64,000 bases of DNA from Lama guanicoe (GCA_013239625.1 MU057036.1:13511075-13575074); one strand, 5' to 3'; numbered from the stretch's first letter, positions 26,270 to 39,140 are shown. A program made the numbers and translations. The notes: a model not told the origin generated them from the letters alone.

Positions 26270-26860
26270 ATTTCATACAATCCCATAATAACCCCTCTTT
26301 TGACCCTCCCCCATCTTGCCCCTCCCCCATCTTGCCCCTCCCNNNNNNNNNNNNNNNNNNNNNNNNNNNNNNNNNNNNNNNNNNNNNNNNNNNNNNNNNN
26401 NNNNNNNNNNNNNNNNNNNNNNNNNNNNNNNNNNNNNNNNNNNNNNNNNNNNNNNNNNNNNNNNNNNNNNNNNNNNNNNNNNNNNNNNNNNNNNNNNNNN
26501 NNNNNNNNNNNNNNNNNNNNNNNNNNNNNNNNNNNNNNNNNNNNNNNNNNNNNNNNNNNNNNNNNNNNNNNNNNNNNNNNNNNNNNNNNNNNNNNNNNNN
26601 NNNNNNNNNNNNNNNNNNNNNNNNNNNNNNNNNNNNCCCCCCCATCTTGCCCCTCCTAGCTTCCCTTTCCCCACTGGTAACCACTACTTTGTTCTCTATA
26701 TCTGTGAGTCTGTTTCTTTTTTTGTTTTATTCACTAGTTCGCTGTATTTTTTTAGATTCCACATAGAATTAATATCATACAGTATTTGTCTTTCTCTGTC
26801 TGAGTTATTTCACTAAACATAATACTCTCCAAGTCCATCCATGTTGCTGCAAATTGCAAA
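26270..26860 (-). mobile_element. L1 3' UTR fragment containing a 16-bp minisatellite (atcttgcccctccccc) that runs into gap 26343-26636
   Basis: ccactggtaaccactactttgttctctatatctgtgagtctg...ccatgttgctgcaaat; the repeat unit is seen on both gap edges. Confidence 0.85.
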
Positions 26861-28242
26861 AAAAATTAAATTTGTAAATATTAATAAGTTAAAAATTTTT
26901 TAAAAATTATTTATCTTTTGAAGTTCAAGAAAGATGAGCTGGTTTAATCTTTTCTCCTCTAACTGCTCACTTCCACAACTCCTTTGTGTTAAAGCTCCCT
27001 TGCTTGAGGTTTTAGTGACATCTTGGCCTAATCATGTAAGTTTCCCCATGTTTTTTCCTCTCATTCAAGGTTTTGGAATATATCTTCTTCATTTGAAAAC
27101 TTGAGGGTTTTGTCTGCTTTTACATTATTTTCTTTCCCTCTCTTCCACCATTTCCCAGGACAGGCTGCAGACAGCTCTGAACCTCTAGCAGCTGTGGTGG
27201 AGGGGGAGCCTGGTCCACTCTCACACATGCCCTCTTATCGCTCAGTGGCTATGACAAGGAGAAAGGAAAGGGGAGGGGTTCCTTCTGTGCTTGGCCACAG
27301 TGAGGGTGCATTTCCCTTTATGCTGGTTTTGATGCTTTTCAGCCTAAGCTGACTATCTGAGTCCTCTTTGTGGCAGATGGTGAAATGCTGGCTCTCCTTT
27401 GAGCACAAATATAAGTATTTTGGGGAGGTCCTTTCCCAGCGTATATTTCCCGCCCGTGGGGATTCTGGTTCTGGCTGAGCCATCTCTCTGCCAATCCTTT
27501 TTGTAAGTCCCAGCAGCATCGAGTAATCGATGATTCTCAAAGAAGACACAATCACCAGTTCCCAACACAGTAGAAGTGAAGATGATTTGGACACCTTCAA
27601 GTTTAATAAGTGAGTTTTTAGGCCCCAGGCTCCCTTGACCTGGGGTCTGGGCTTGAGGATAGAGGTGTCTTGCTGAGGGTAAAGAACAGACAGATTTGCC
27701 TTATTTCCTAAATTGCATATTCCCTAAATTCAAACCTTCCCTCTCTGCTAACACCACCTTTATATTAACTGGCTCTGTCATGGTTACGAATAGGCCAGTT
27801 TCTCTAAACTGGCTTCTCTTTAGGCCCTGTGATGAGATCTCTGAACTTGTAATATGGAACATTTTGTATCTTGTGTCCTCATCTTTGACAAAGACTCAGC
27901 TGTAATTCTTGGACCAAAAGAAAATTCTCAGTGGACATTCTGTGACATGCCTATCACATCAGCTAGGAATGCGTGGAGAGGCAAGTAACCAGATAAAGGT
28001 TAGCTTAAGGTAACGGACTTACTTTTCTTGTGTTAGAAAAAGCCATGGGGAAACTGTCCAAGGCTGCGAAATGGCTTAAAGCAACCAGGTTCCACCCATC
28101 ATCCCACTCCTCCTTTTTTAAACTATGGTCCGATCTCCAAGTATACCTCCAAGTATCATATTCCAGATTGAAGCCTCTGGTCGACTCATTCTGTTCCTTC
28201 AATTCTGGAAAACAGTAACTTGCTGGGAAAACTCAATAGATA

Positions 28243-28382
28243 TACAGTTCCTAAGGGATTGGTCTCAAGATCCCTGGTGGGTACCAAAACCCACCGATGC
28301 TCAAGTCCCTACAGTTGGTCCTTCATTTCCACGGGTCCCTTACCACTGGGTTCTGCACCCCAGGATACAGAAGGCTGACTGT
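28243..28382. mobile_element. Tigger-family MITE (MER2-like)
   Basis: tacag...gattggtctcaagatccctg...taccaaaacccaccgatgctcaagtccct...ggatacagaaggctgactgt. Confidence 0.7.
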
Positions 28383-30867
28383 CCTGCCACTGACGTATCA
28401 CTGAGAACAGCAGAGTTCCTAGGTAGGAGGGAATCTGGGTACAATTCCCATTTAAACAAAATCAAGATGCTATTAGTAATGAAACTTTGGTCGAATGGGT
28501 ATTAATGCCTCTGCACTCTTACTAGGTGTTAAACTGCATGAGAGCAAAGGTCCAAGGTCCTGTTTATTTGTTCGCTGTGATAGTCCTAGTTCTGTGCCTG
28601 GAAATTAACAAATCGTGACATACATATCGAATGCATTAGGAAGCATACCATAATTTTGGTTTGCCAACCATCTTATATTTTCTAGAACCAACAGATAATA
28701 AAAGAGAGGGTGTCTAAAAATAATTACAATAATATGGCAAAAATTGAGCACATTTTATGACACATTGGAACTCCACAAAATGGCAATTGGATTACTGAAA
28801 CTGAATCTCAAGCATGGCATGAGTGAGCTTAAATAAGAATAAGTCAGCATGCCTTGGCTTTCTAATACCCTCAGAGTATGTAGTACTCTGGATAGAGAAG
28901 ACTTGCTACACTTGAGCAGCTATGAGTACCACTGGCTAATATACATCTCATCTCTCCTCAGAAAATCCTCTGGATGCTGAAAAAGTTCTTGAGAGTTTAA
29001 GTTCTTGGCCCAGAACATAGAGCTGGTAATGGCTGTGCCATTACAATGTGCTAAGGACTCTAGCCACTGAGTCCTTCAATTTAAAAATTAAACTAAAATC
29101 TATTCTTATAAATGCTTCAAATGTGTTCTGTACATTTCTTTACATTCTTAAGCAAGTTGTAATAAAAAGGAAACCTATACTTTGAATAAAGGCTTTGTGA
29201 GATGAACATAGGTGATGTAGATTTAACCAGCTCCTGGCAACGAGTATGGGGGTGTACTTCCTCTGGGCTCTCATGTTGTATGGTTCAGCCAGGGAACTGA
29301 ACCATCGAGGACTTGCTTCAGGGAGGTATGCAGCCCTGGTGAGCATTCTGAATATCTGTGACTTGCACCGAGTTCCTGCAAGGGCTGGCGGGATGAATGG
29401 TTTATTTGTACACTCCCCACAGAGAAGGGCCAGGGATTGAGACAGATGCCCCACTTTCTCCACCCTGCTTGATATCACCCTCCAGGCAGGTGAGTGAGTG
29501 AAATCATACATCTAGCAATTTAATGATATCTGCTGTGGGTGCTTGCACAAGAATGATCATGGGGAGTGTTGCACTGTCATGAGCCGGCAAGAAAGGTCAA
29601 AGCCACACGTCCGTGTGGGCAGAGAGCCAGTCGGAAGGAAAGGGAATTACCACCTGTCCTGGAAATGAGGCACAGCGTGATGGGGATGAAAGAATTCTCG
29701 ACTGAAGAGCAAGAAATCTGATTTCTAACTTGGCCTCTGCATTATCAGCTAGTTCTATGAGCAGGTGGAAGCCAGTTAACGCCTGTGGGCCCTGTTTCTT
29801 CATTTACAGACTGGTGATGTCTTAAGTCTTAACGTTCTTTGATTTCATCCAGACATTTCTCAGGATCTGATAAACATTCCACATGATCTAATAAAAATTT
29901 GAGCTGTAAGGAATCCTAGGTAACGTGTGCTCAACATTAATAACTTTAAAGGACGACATAACCTTTGTATCTTTGGGGTTTTTTCCCCATGTTTTATCTA
30001 GAATTTCTTTAGAAGATATATTTAAATCTAATTTATATTTAAATTAGATTTATATTTTCCTGGATTGAATTTGTAGTTTTAAATATATATTTTCTTTTCT
30101 TTAATAACAGGAATTTCTCACAGACTTTTTATTTTTAATACCCTGCCTTTTCCAAAAAGTATTTACAGTAGATTTATAATACGTTTAAGTCATCTGACCT
30201 CTGGGCATATTTTCCTTAATCACTCTGCAAGCTAGCATTTATGCAATACTTTATTTATGCAATAGTTTCTATTTTCCCAGCAATGTAGTAAGTGCTTTTC
30301 CTGGGTTACTTTAATTCTCATAACAATAACTGTGAGACAGATAGAGTTGCCATGTGCAGCTTTTTCATACAGAAACTGAGGCCCAGGAGGGTGGAGTACC
30401 TTGTCTGGGACCCAGATTTGTGAGAGAGAAGACAGAGAAACAGAGCCTGACGGTGCCCGTCTGTGGACAGCTGGGCTAGGGGCTGGGAGAAGCGATTTAA
30501 TTGGCCAGATTTCCACTTTTGGACATAATCATGTATTTGGAACTACGCTTCAGACCCCCAGCTCTACTGACTTTTTTTTTTTTTTTTGTCTTTTTAAAAT
30601 TCCTCCCCTGATACTGGAGCTCCATTTAAAAGCTTTATGATGAGAATTTTAGAAACAATACCAAAGGAGAGATGAAAACATTGTTCCTTGAGCTATATTT
30701 GGAATATAAAAATTTTTTAAGAGGTCTCTTAAATTTTGATTATGATTAAAGTGACAGTAAAGATAAAATAACTATATTAAATTACCCTTTTACATTAGCT
30801 GTTTTCCCTCTGTGGGAATTTAAGTTTCAGAAATAGAGCTATTTTCCCTGATTCTTTCTTTTACCAG

Positions 30868-30882
30868 GAGTCCAGTGACTGG
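30868..30882 (+). CDS. INPP4B: Candidate 15-nt INPP4B microexon (ESSDW)
   Basis: ccctgattctttcttttaccag|GAGTCCAGTGACTGG|gtaaat. Phase 0-0, no stop, lies between two phase-0 junctions. Confidence 0.55.
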
Positions 30883-33715
30883 GTAAATGATGACTGGGTG
30901 AATGAATGATGTGTTTTTCAACTTTGGGAGCACGAGGGGAGGGGTGGATGTAAGTTTTATTTATACTGAGATAAAGCAAGCACATAAAAACCTGCTAGAA
31001 AGTAAATGTAAGGGCAAGTTCGTCATTCAGTATTGCCACGTGAGACGATTACACGCTGTCTTTAAATTATGGGATTTTATTAATGCATTTTATGCCCTGT
31101 GTAGTCCCGATGTACAGTTATTTTTAGAATAAACAGGAGAATATTTATACCTAAATAAAACTTCCTCTGGCTTGACACGGTTTCATAATGTAATGCTATA
31201 ATGCCATTATCTAAATTGATTTCTAAAGGGTGGTAATGATTTCTAACGGGTGGGAATGATTTCTGTAAGCTCTTACTAACCTTTGAGATTAAGCATGTGG
31301 CTGACAGTTGTGATGGAAAAGACTGACTCCTGGCATTGTTCTGGGCACCAGGGATGCACTCATGGTGCAGCGGTGGGCATACCACACAGCCCCTCTGTTC
31401 CGAACACTGGGCTGAGCTAGGAGATGGACAAGCCAAGGTCCTTCTTCCACAGGAGCGCCTGGTCTGGTGGGCAGGAGAGACATCCGCTGGCTTGTGGTCG
31501 CAGACTCCACTTGCAGCTGTGCCTCATGGTGTGTCTGCAGAGCATGTCTGAAAATAGCCACTCCACCTGTCTCTCAATGCTACATTCCAGTCTGGGACAT
31601 CTGCTCCTTTTGTTGCTGAAAAGGCAATAACATTTATGGCATGTACAGTTTGTTTTATTAATTCTAATACCATCCATACCTTCAAAATCAAAAAAAGTGA
31701 AGGGAAGAAATAATTTGAAATTTTGGGGCACCATGAAATTTCTGAGAGATTAAGAATTTTCTTCAGGTGAGGATAATGAGGGAGGGGTGGATGTAAGTTA
31801 AAAACGCTAATTACCAGTGAAAAAGTGAGACATTTCTTTAAAATACAAAATGCTAAAGTGAAATTCACTACAACAGTATACAGTCTGCCAGCCAAAAATT
31901 GTTTTGATTTCCCACATTTCAGTGAACTACAGTAGTTTATAAATATCTCTAGAAGGAGCATTTCTTCTATATCTAATAGAATAATTTGCTTAGAAGCTGG
32001 TGTCTATGCCATTCATTCATTCATTTATTGTTGGTAATTATCACATGCCTGGTGTGTGTTAGGCACTGGGGATTTATCAGAAAACAAAGCTCATTATAGA
32101 ATCTCAATTTTTATTTTTTTGGGGGGGTAACAAAATAAGCTGTTAAATACATAATATTTACGTGATAATAGAAAAATACAACAAGATAAGGAGTAGAGAC
32201 TAGCAGTGTTGGGGAGGGATATTCTTTCAAATGGGGATGTTCTAGTGTCTCTGAAAAGGGGGCTTGAGTGCTTTTGTTCAGCCGGGTGTCTCCTAGACTC
32301 TGTCTGCCCCTTGCTGAAAGCAGGCATTGTTCATACAGCTCCTGGACTTCTTTTTCTGTCTTGACTCACTTATTTCCTCACTGTATCATCAGAACTTGTG
32401 TCCACAAATCCTCTGTTTTCACCTAACACTCTTCACCTAATAATTTAATTTCACATTATTCTGGATTTGATGACTTGATGTCTAAACCAGCTCTTTGAGT
32501 TTCCAGTGAATTAATCGGGTTTATCATTACTGGCATGCAGGCATCTCCAGCTTTGCAACCGACTTGTATGTCAAACGTTTTTGCCTTTAAGACTTTTGAA
32601 CCAGTTCTTCTAAGATAGAGGTTTGAAAAGAGGGAGAAAGATTCTGACCTGAAGCTTTTCTTCCCTTTGCTCAACGGATTGCTGTGTGTAGATGCAACAT
32701 TTTATGTATGGAGTAACTGCATGCTTTCCTCTGAAAGGACCCAGTTGATCTCAGACTACTTGGGTGAAGCCTCAGTCTGTGCAAGCTGGCCACAGACCTA
32801 TGAAGAGAGAGTGTTCTAGAAGCCCTAGTGCTGACTTGTGAAATATTATAATGTGTTAGGCAGCAGTGGTGTAGGTATTAATGCAGGTTTGATATTTTCA
32901 TGTTTACATCTTGACCTTGGAAGGAGAATGAGAAATCCTATGTGTGGTATACCATAATATCGTGACTTTAAAATCACAAGTAGCCAGGAATATTAAAAAG
33001 AAATGGAAGATTTTTATCCTAGAAAAGGAAACCAATTTAGAGTTTTATTCTTGGTATTACGAGTCAGAGAGGTAGATATTTGTAGATAGTCAACACCCAG
33101 TGTGATGGGTTAAAAAAGCAATTTTAGAAAATGTAACTGAATAAATACCAGCCTTTTTTGTGTGTTGGAATGAAAATGTCCCCTGCTAGTATGGAAATAA
33201 CAAAGGAAACAAATGCTTTTAAACATTGCTGTGAGGGGGGAGAAATTCAGCATTTCTATTTATAACTTGTTCAGAGTCCCACATAAAAATAGCTCCAACT
33301 AACAGATTTGCTCATATCTGGAATACAAAGTTGTTGCTGCCCATGACTTGAGGAATTCTAATAAGAAGAACGTGGCATGGGTAAATATTGAAAGTTTGTC
33401 ATCTTTTCTGTGACCCCAGTGTTCATATGGGGAGAAAATCTATGCCTGAAAGAGTCCTGGATTCTATGTCGGGCTTTTTGTTACCTTCCAGGCTATGGGG
33501 CTCTGATTGTAATGAGAAGGATGCCTTTGCCTCCCTCATCCTCACCCCATGAGCTGGATATATTACTGATGGTTGTATCTCTGTCAGTGAAATATTTGTC
33601 AGGCTGATAGATTTACCATTTCATTCTTCTAGAGACTAATTTTGTTTGGTGTGACAGCAAAATATTAAGAACCTCAGAAGTTAATGAGAACCCATTCTTT
33701 CTCTCTGATTTCCAG

Positions 33716-33795
33716 CGAAGTTTCCTGGGCTATGCCAGTTTTAAAGTTGGGGAGCTACTGAAGTCGAAGGAGCAAGTGCTGGCTCTGAGCCTGAG
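33716..33795 (+). CDS. INPP4B: INPP4B internal coding exon (80 nt, phase 0-2; about human exon 9, C2 domain)
   Basis: Acceptor ttctttctctctgatttccag and donor GAG|gtgagt. Translates [26 protein letters not shown](R), matching recalled human [27 protein letters not shown]. In frame with 24912-24962. Confidence 0.97.
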
Positions 33796-34039
33796 GTGAG
33801 TCTCATGCTGTTAAAGTTAACAGCCCGTGATGTTTACGGAAGGCTGGCTGGGTTCGAGAGTCACAATTCTCGCAGAGGCTTAGGTGTCAGCTCTCAGACT
33901 AGCTTACGTTCTCCAAGTTGCAGTAATACAGCAAGTTGCAGTAAAACAGCAGTTACTCAAGTTCACATTCAAGTTTGTGTTTCAGATTGTCAACAGATAT
34001 CAGCTCTTGTAGGGAAAAAAATGACATTATTAACAAATG

Positions 34040-34275
34040 AGTGGTGGCCAGGTGGGAGCAGGGGGATGGACTAAAAAGGTGAAGGAGATTAAGCGGTACA
34101 AACTACCAGTTATATAATAAGTAAGCCACAGGGCTGTAATATACAGCACAGGGGACATAGTCGGTAACATTATAACTTTCTATGGTGCACAATCTATAAA
34201 AATTTCAAATCACTATGTTGTACATCTGAAGCTAACATAATATTGCAAGTAACTACACTTTCCTAAAAAATTAAA
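34040..34275 (+). mobile_element. L1 3' UTR fragment
   Basis: ggtgaaggagattaagcggtacaaactaccagttat...tcactatgttgtacatctgaagctaacataatattg. Confidence 0.85.
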
Positions 34276-37069
34276 GTGATGAAGCTCCTTGAAAGTAAGA
34301 AAGTAAATAGAAATCATGAGCATGTTATTAAATAGCATTTCTGTTACTTATCAAAATGCTACTTTTTAAATCAAGTGAGTTTCTGGGTTTGAAGTATGTT
34401 TACTAGAGGCAACATTGCAGATTTATAATAAAGGGTAAGTTGATTGTCGTTTTTTAAGCTTATTTTGTTGCTATGCTATTAAGTTTAAAGCAAAGTTGAA
34501 ACAGACTTATATTGCAACAGGCAACAGATCAGAGATGGTTTTGAGTGTTAGTACAATTTGTTTGTACACACCGATCTCTAGGAAGTTGCATGGTGTTTTG
34601 ACACTAAGAAGAATATTAAGTAAAATGATCATTTCTTTTTAACTTCATTGTAAGTTTGAAAAATTAGCATGTTATTTTCTAAGTGTATAATAACTTTAAA
34701 ATTAGGTGTACGTGGAGAACGCTGCCGTACAATGTTTATGTAGTATACGGGAGCATCAAATCGTATAGAACAGTACTTGAACATTTTGAGATGCTCTTCT
34801 TTTGGTAAAACAAAGGGACCACTCTCAGGGAACAGACGACGTGTCTCGGGTTTGTTTGCCCTCTGCCCCAGCCCCCAAGGACCCACCTGTACTCGGTTTA
34901 TTTCAGTATAGATGCCATGGCTCGTACTGGAATGTGTACTGCTGGCTGTGTTCTTTGCTGATTTTCCTGATCCTTACAGTTTTGCATTTTAACTTAAGAG
35001 ATGGTATAAAATAATTTCAAGTAATTCATATTCATGCAGAAAAGTAAGTGCTGATGGATTCTAATGAGGCTTTTTCTTTTCGTCTTCTTTTTGGCTTCCT
35101 TTTGGCTGTGTCTCTTAAACATGTTATTTTTTTTCTTGTATTTTATTTGGGAAGACACTTAAAAATCTTTATAGTTTTGTGGTGTTATTTCCAATAAAGT
35201 TTTGCTGTGGTTATTTTCAGTTTGAAGTGTGTAAGGGCCAGCTAAAATGCCTGTTCATCACTGACACTGACGTCCTGGAAGGTATCTATTACCCACCCAG
35301 CATGGTGGTTAGATTTGACCCAAGCGCCCCTGGATGCCTGATAGGAGATGTCAGACATCGAGCTTGCTGAGAACCCCCAGCAGCCCCATGTTTTCTGTGC
35401 GTGACACGAGACACTTTATTTCTCACCTGGCTGGTCACAAACTGTGTAATCGATTGCATCAGAACTGTCGTTAACATCGGCGGCATAGATCCACAACATT
35501 TAGACACTAGCTTTGAAACCGAAATCAGGGGCCCAGAAATTCTTAGTGAACTGAAAATCAGTGAACACACACAACACCTCAGAGAGAGGCTAGGGACAGA
35601 AGGATCTAGTTTAGAGTACCACACTTAGAAGGAAAAAGGAATATAATAATCTCAGATTTAGAGGAAATCGAGGCACATTGCCACTTTTGATTTTAATACT
35701 TCTGCTTCTGATGTATTTAAGTTTGATGTATAAATGGAAAACAAATTCAACAACAGAATTGCGTTTTCTAGAAAAAATAATTTTTGAAAACCAATTTTGA
35801 AATGGCTAGGTTGTTATTTTTTTCCCTTTTTGTATTTTGCTAAATCTGTGGATTTCTCTTCCTATGACCCAAATGCATTATAGACTCATCATAACCTTTG
35901 ACTTCTGGTGCTTTATGTTTTTACATCTGCTGTAATTTATCTTCTTTCCACTGACTTGTCGGCCTCTGAGGTACCGAGCTGGAGGAACATTAGGTCAGGG
36001 ATAAGAAGCATTTTTTTGGTTGTTAGTTTAGTTTTGTTTTTAATATTCCTTTGCACTGAAAATATCTAACTTGTATTGCTTTTACATTCCAGTCATTATT
36101 TTTAAAGAGAGAATTTTCAGATTTCTGTAAAACAAATTCGCAGGAATAAGAGTCTGTTTGTTGGCACCATTCTTTCTTGGTGAGCTCCCAAAATCCATAC
36201 AGTTTTGTTTGTGTTCACTGTCCTTTTGAGTTGCCTTTCATCAGCCAATTCAGATTTCAAACTCTCAGACTACTGCCATGAAACACCGTAGTTTAATCTG
36301 GCCACTGTGTCATATGTGAACTAGAATTTTTGAATTTTGCACTGAATTTCTTTTTCCATAGAAAACTGAAAAGGGCAAGAAGTGTGTATCTTATTTATAG
36401 GTTTAGACTCAAGTTTCATGAAATGCGATATGATGCATTTTTGAATTACACAGTAAAATTCATTTGCATATCTTGGGGAGAATGCCTCCAGTACAGTAAG
36501 TGCTTTCTACTCATGTAACTCATCCTCGTTTGGAGGCACAGTCACTGCATCTCTGTCTAGGTGTTCCGGCACCCGAACCGGACTTGGTGTCTTGGTAACC
36601 CTTTTACCTGTATGTTACATCTACTTTGTTTTGCTGGTTTACGTGTGGTAGTTCCCGTCTCCTCTGACTTCTTTTAGATCTGGAACCCTGCTTTCTGGTT
36701 TTGTTCTGTAGTTCATTGCCATATAGTCCTGCCTTCCACACTGTAGTGTAAACCAGCTGAGGTTCTTGCATGGAGGATTACAATTGTAGGCATGAAAGAC
36801 ACTGGGTACCCTCAAAATAGCAATGATAATAAGAAGAGGAAGCTACTATGAGATACTATGTGCCTTATGCTCTGATAAGTATATCAGAGATGCTGTTTCA
36901 TTGACCCTTATCTAATTAGCCTATGATGTTATTAATTTTTGTCATTTTATAAACTGAGAAGCTGAGGTCTGGAAAAGCAGGTAAGTAATTTGCACAAAAC
37001 TACAATGCTCTTAAGCCCCAAAGCCAAGGTGTGAAGCCCCACATTTTGGACTACAAAGCCTGTGCTCTT

Positions 37070-37225
37070 TTTTTTTTTAAGTTATTTTGTGTGTATGACT
37101 AGCTTTTGTTTTTCTGTTTCGTTTCATTTTTTTCGTTTTTTAAATTGAGGTACGGGGGATTGAACCCAGGACCTTGTGCATGCTAATAAGCACGTGCTCT
37201 ACCTCTGAGCTATACCCATCCTCAT
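37070..37225 (-). mobile_element. Camelid-type tRNA-Ala-derived SINE (vic-1-like) inserted in a MIR
   Basis: Minus strand reads GGGTATAGCTCAGAGGTAGAGCACGTGC...GGTCCTGGGTTCAATCCCCCGTACCTC (A and B boxes), then an A-rich tail. Imperfect TSD aagcctgtgctctt / aagcctggactctt at 37056-37069 and 37226-37239. Confidence 0.85.
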
Positions 37226-39140
37226 AAGCCTGGACTCTTAATGACCCACTTCTTGTCTCCTTTGACAAAGGAGAAAACTGAGATCGAGTTAAAGCAGGTT
37301 ACATATCACGTGACTGTAATAGCAGAACAAAGCAAGGACTCAGGTCCGGGACCACTTGTTCAAGGTGTCTCCCACATCTGTTTCACCGCAGTGCCTCGTT
37401 TTACAGTAAATGAAGACCTAATGAGTGTTAACAGGTCCTGGAGAACTCAGAAATGTGAGTTGTGATGGCAGAAACTGAGAAGCGGCCTGCTCTGTTCAGG
37501 GGGAAGGGAGACTGAGCTCAGGAAACCTGTGGAATCTATCCTCATCCCAGAACCATGGGCCTGAACTTGGTTTTCTGCCCACACACCTAACAGCTATTTG
37601 CTCTACCAACCTGATCTGAGTCTCTTGAAACCATGACAAGCAGAAATTTGGAACATCATAGTCTTATGATTTAACAACAGAATGGAGAAACGGGGAAAAT
37701 TATGTTGTTAGTGAAGTAATCTAACAATCACAAAGGTAGAAAGAATGGCCAGGGGATAAAAATTCTTTCTTGGGAAATCCTTCTCAGAAGAACTGGGGCA
37801 GATGGAAGTGTTCTGACCCTGTCTGAGAGCTGGTGCCTCACAGTTCAACTTTCATTTGGCGCTTGTTCAGTCAGCAAGTATCTATCATGAATTTTTCATG
37901 TGCTAACTGCAGTGAGAGTTTCTTTACAAAACTTTTAAAATAGCAGCAGAGTTCATATTTTGCAGTTGGTATTACTAATAACACTTAATGAAAAAAATCT
38001 CATGATTTGTTGAGCATTTGCTAACATGCAAGGGACATGCTGGGTGTTTCTCTCGCACTATCTTATTTAACCCACGCGGCGTTATCATCTCCGTTTTATA
38101 GCCACTTCCACAGCTGCCAGTCGTACAGGCAGGGTTAGAATTCGTTTTGGTCTGAGCTTGTTCTGCATCTTTTTTCCTGCCTCGTAGAAAGTTAATGATC
38201 TAATAGAATCTTTGCTTTCTTCTCTTATTCTGTCTTTTGGAGAGTTTTAGAGACTTCAATTTTTCTTAATGCTTTAATTTTAAAATTCAATTTTATATGC
38301 CTGTAACATAGTGGAGGTTCAATAAATCTTCGTTGGGATTTGGTTCATGATGATGAATTTTTAAAATATTTGTATGGGTGCTCAATAGAAAAACCTGGTG
38401 CCATTTATTTCCAAGTGGAATCCACCTAAATTAGTGACTATAATGCAGTCTAAGCATTAAAGTCTATCTGAGACAAGGAACTTTCAGACTCTTAGTGAGT
38501 GATAGATTCTAAGTTTCTTGAAAAGCTGAAAACCTTACTTAGAATTCACATGTATTTCCGTGTAGACCGCATTACCTTGTCACAGAAACTTGCAGCTCAT
38601 CTTAATGTCTGCTCTATTATTTCTTTTGTAATCTTCTACATGTAACCCCCTCCCAAATTAAGCAGACATTTATGTAATTTTATCATAGTGGATGTGACAA
38701 ATTGTTTTTGAATGCAGATGTGGAAGAATGTATCCATAAAAAGAGAATGTATGTTTCCTTTTCATTTGTTACTTCTGCTACACTTAGCATAGTGCTGTCA
38801 TGTAACACACAACATGAGCCTACATACACAGGTAGTGCTACGGTTTAGAATATACACCTGTACGGAGGAGCTATGAAAGAAGGTAACAGTGAACTTCTAC
38901 TGTTTGTTTTTACATTTTCCCTATTTCACATGACATTTATATGTGCATATACCCATGCAAATATCTCATAGATTGTGTGGATGGATATGTGCATCTATAT
39001 TATTTTAGGACGACTTTGCTTTCTCACAAACCATGGCTACTTGTTTTCCATTGTTGTCAAATGCATGTGCTTGGGGAAGGTAATATCCGAGTATGAAGTC
39101 TTTTTTTTTTTTTGGTATTTTGCTTAATTTAACCTCCTGA

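Noticed and set aside
37145-37222. tRNA-like sequence
   Set aside because: SINE head with tail and TSD; disrupted anticodon arm, so not a tRNA gene.
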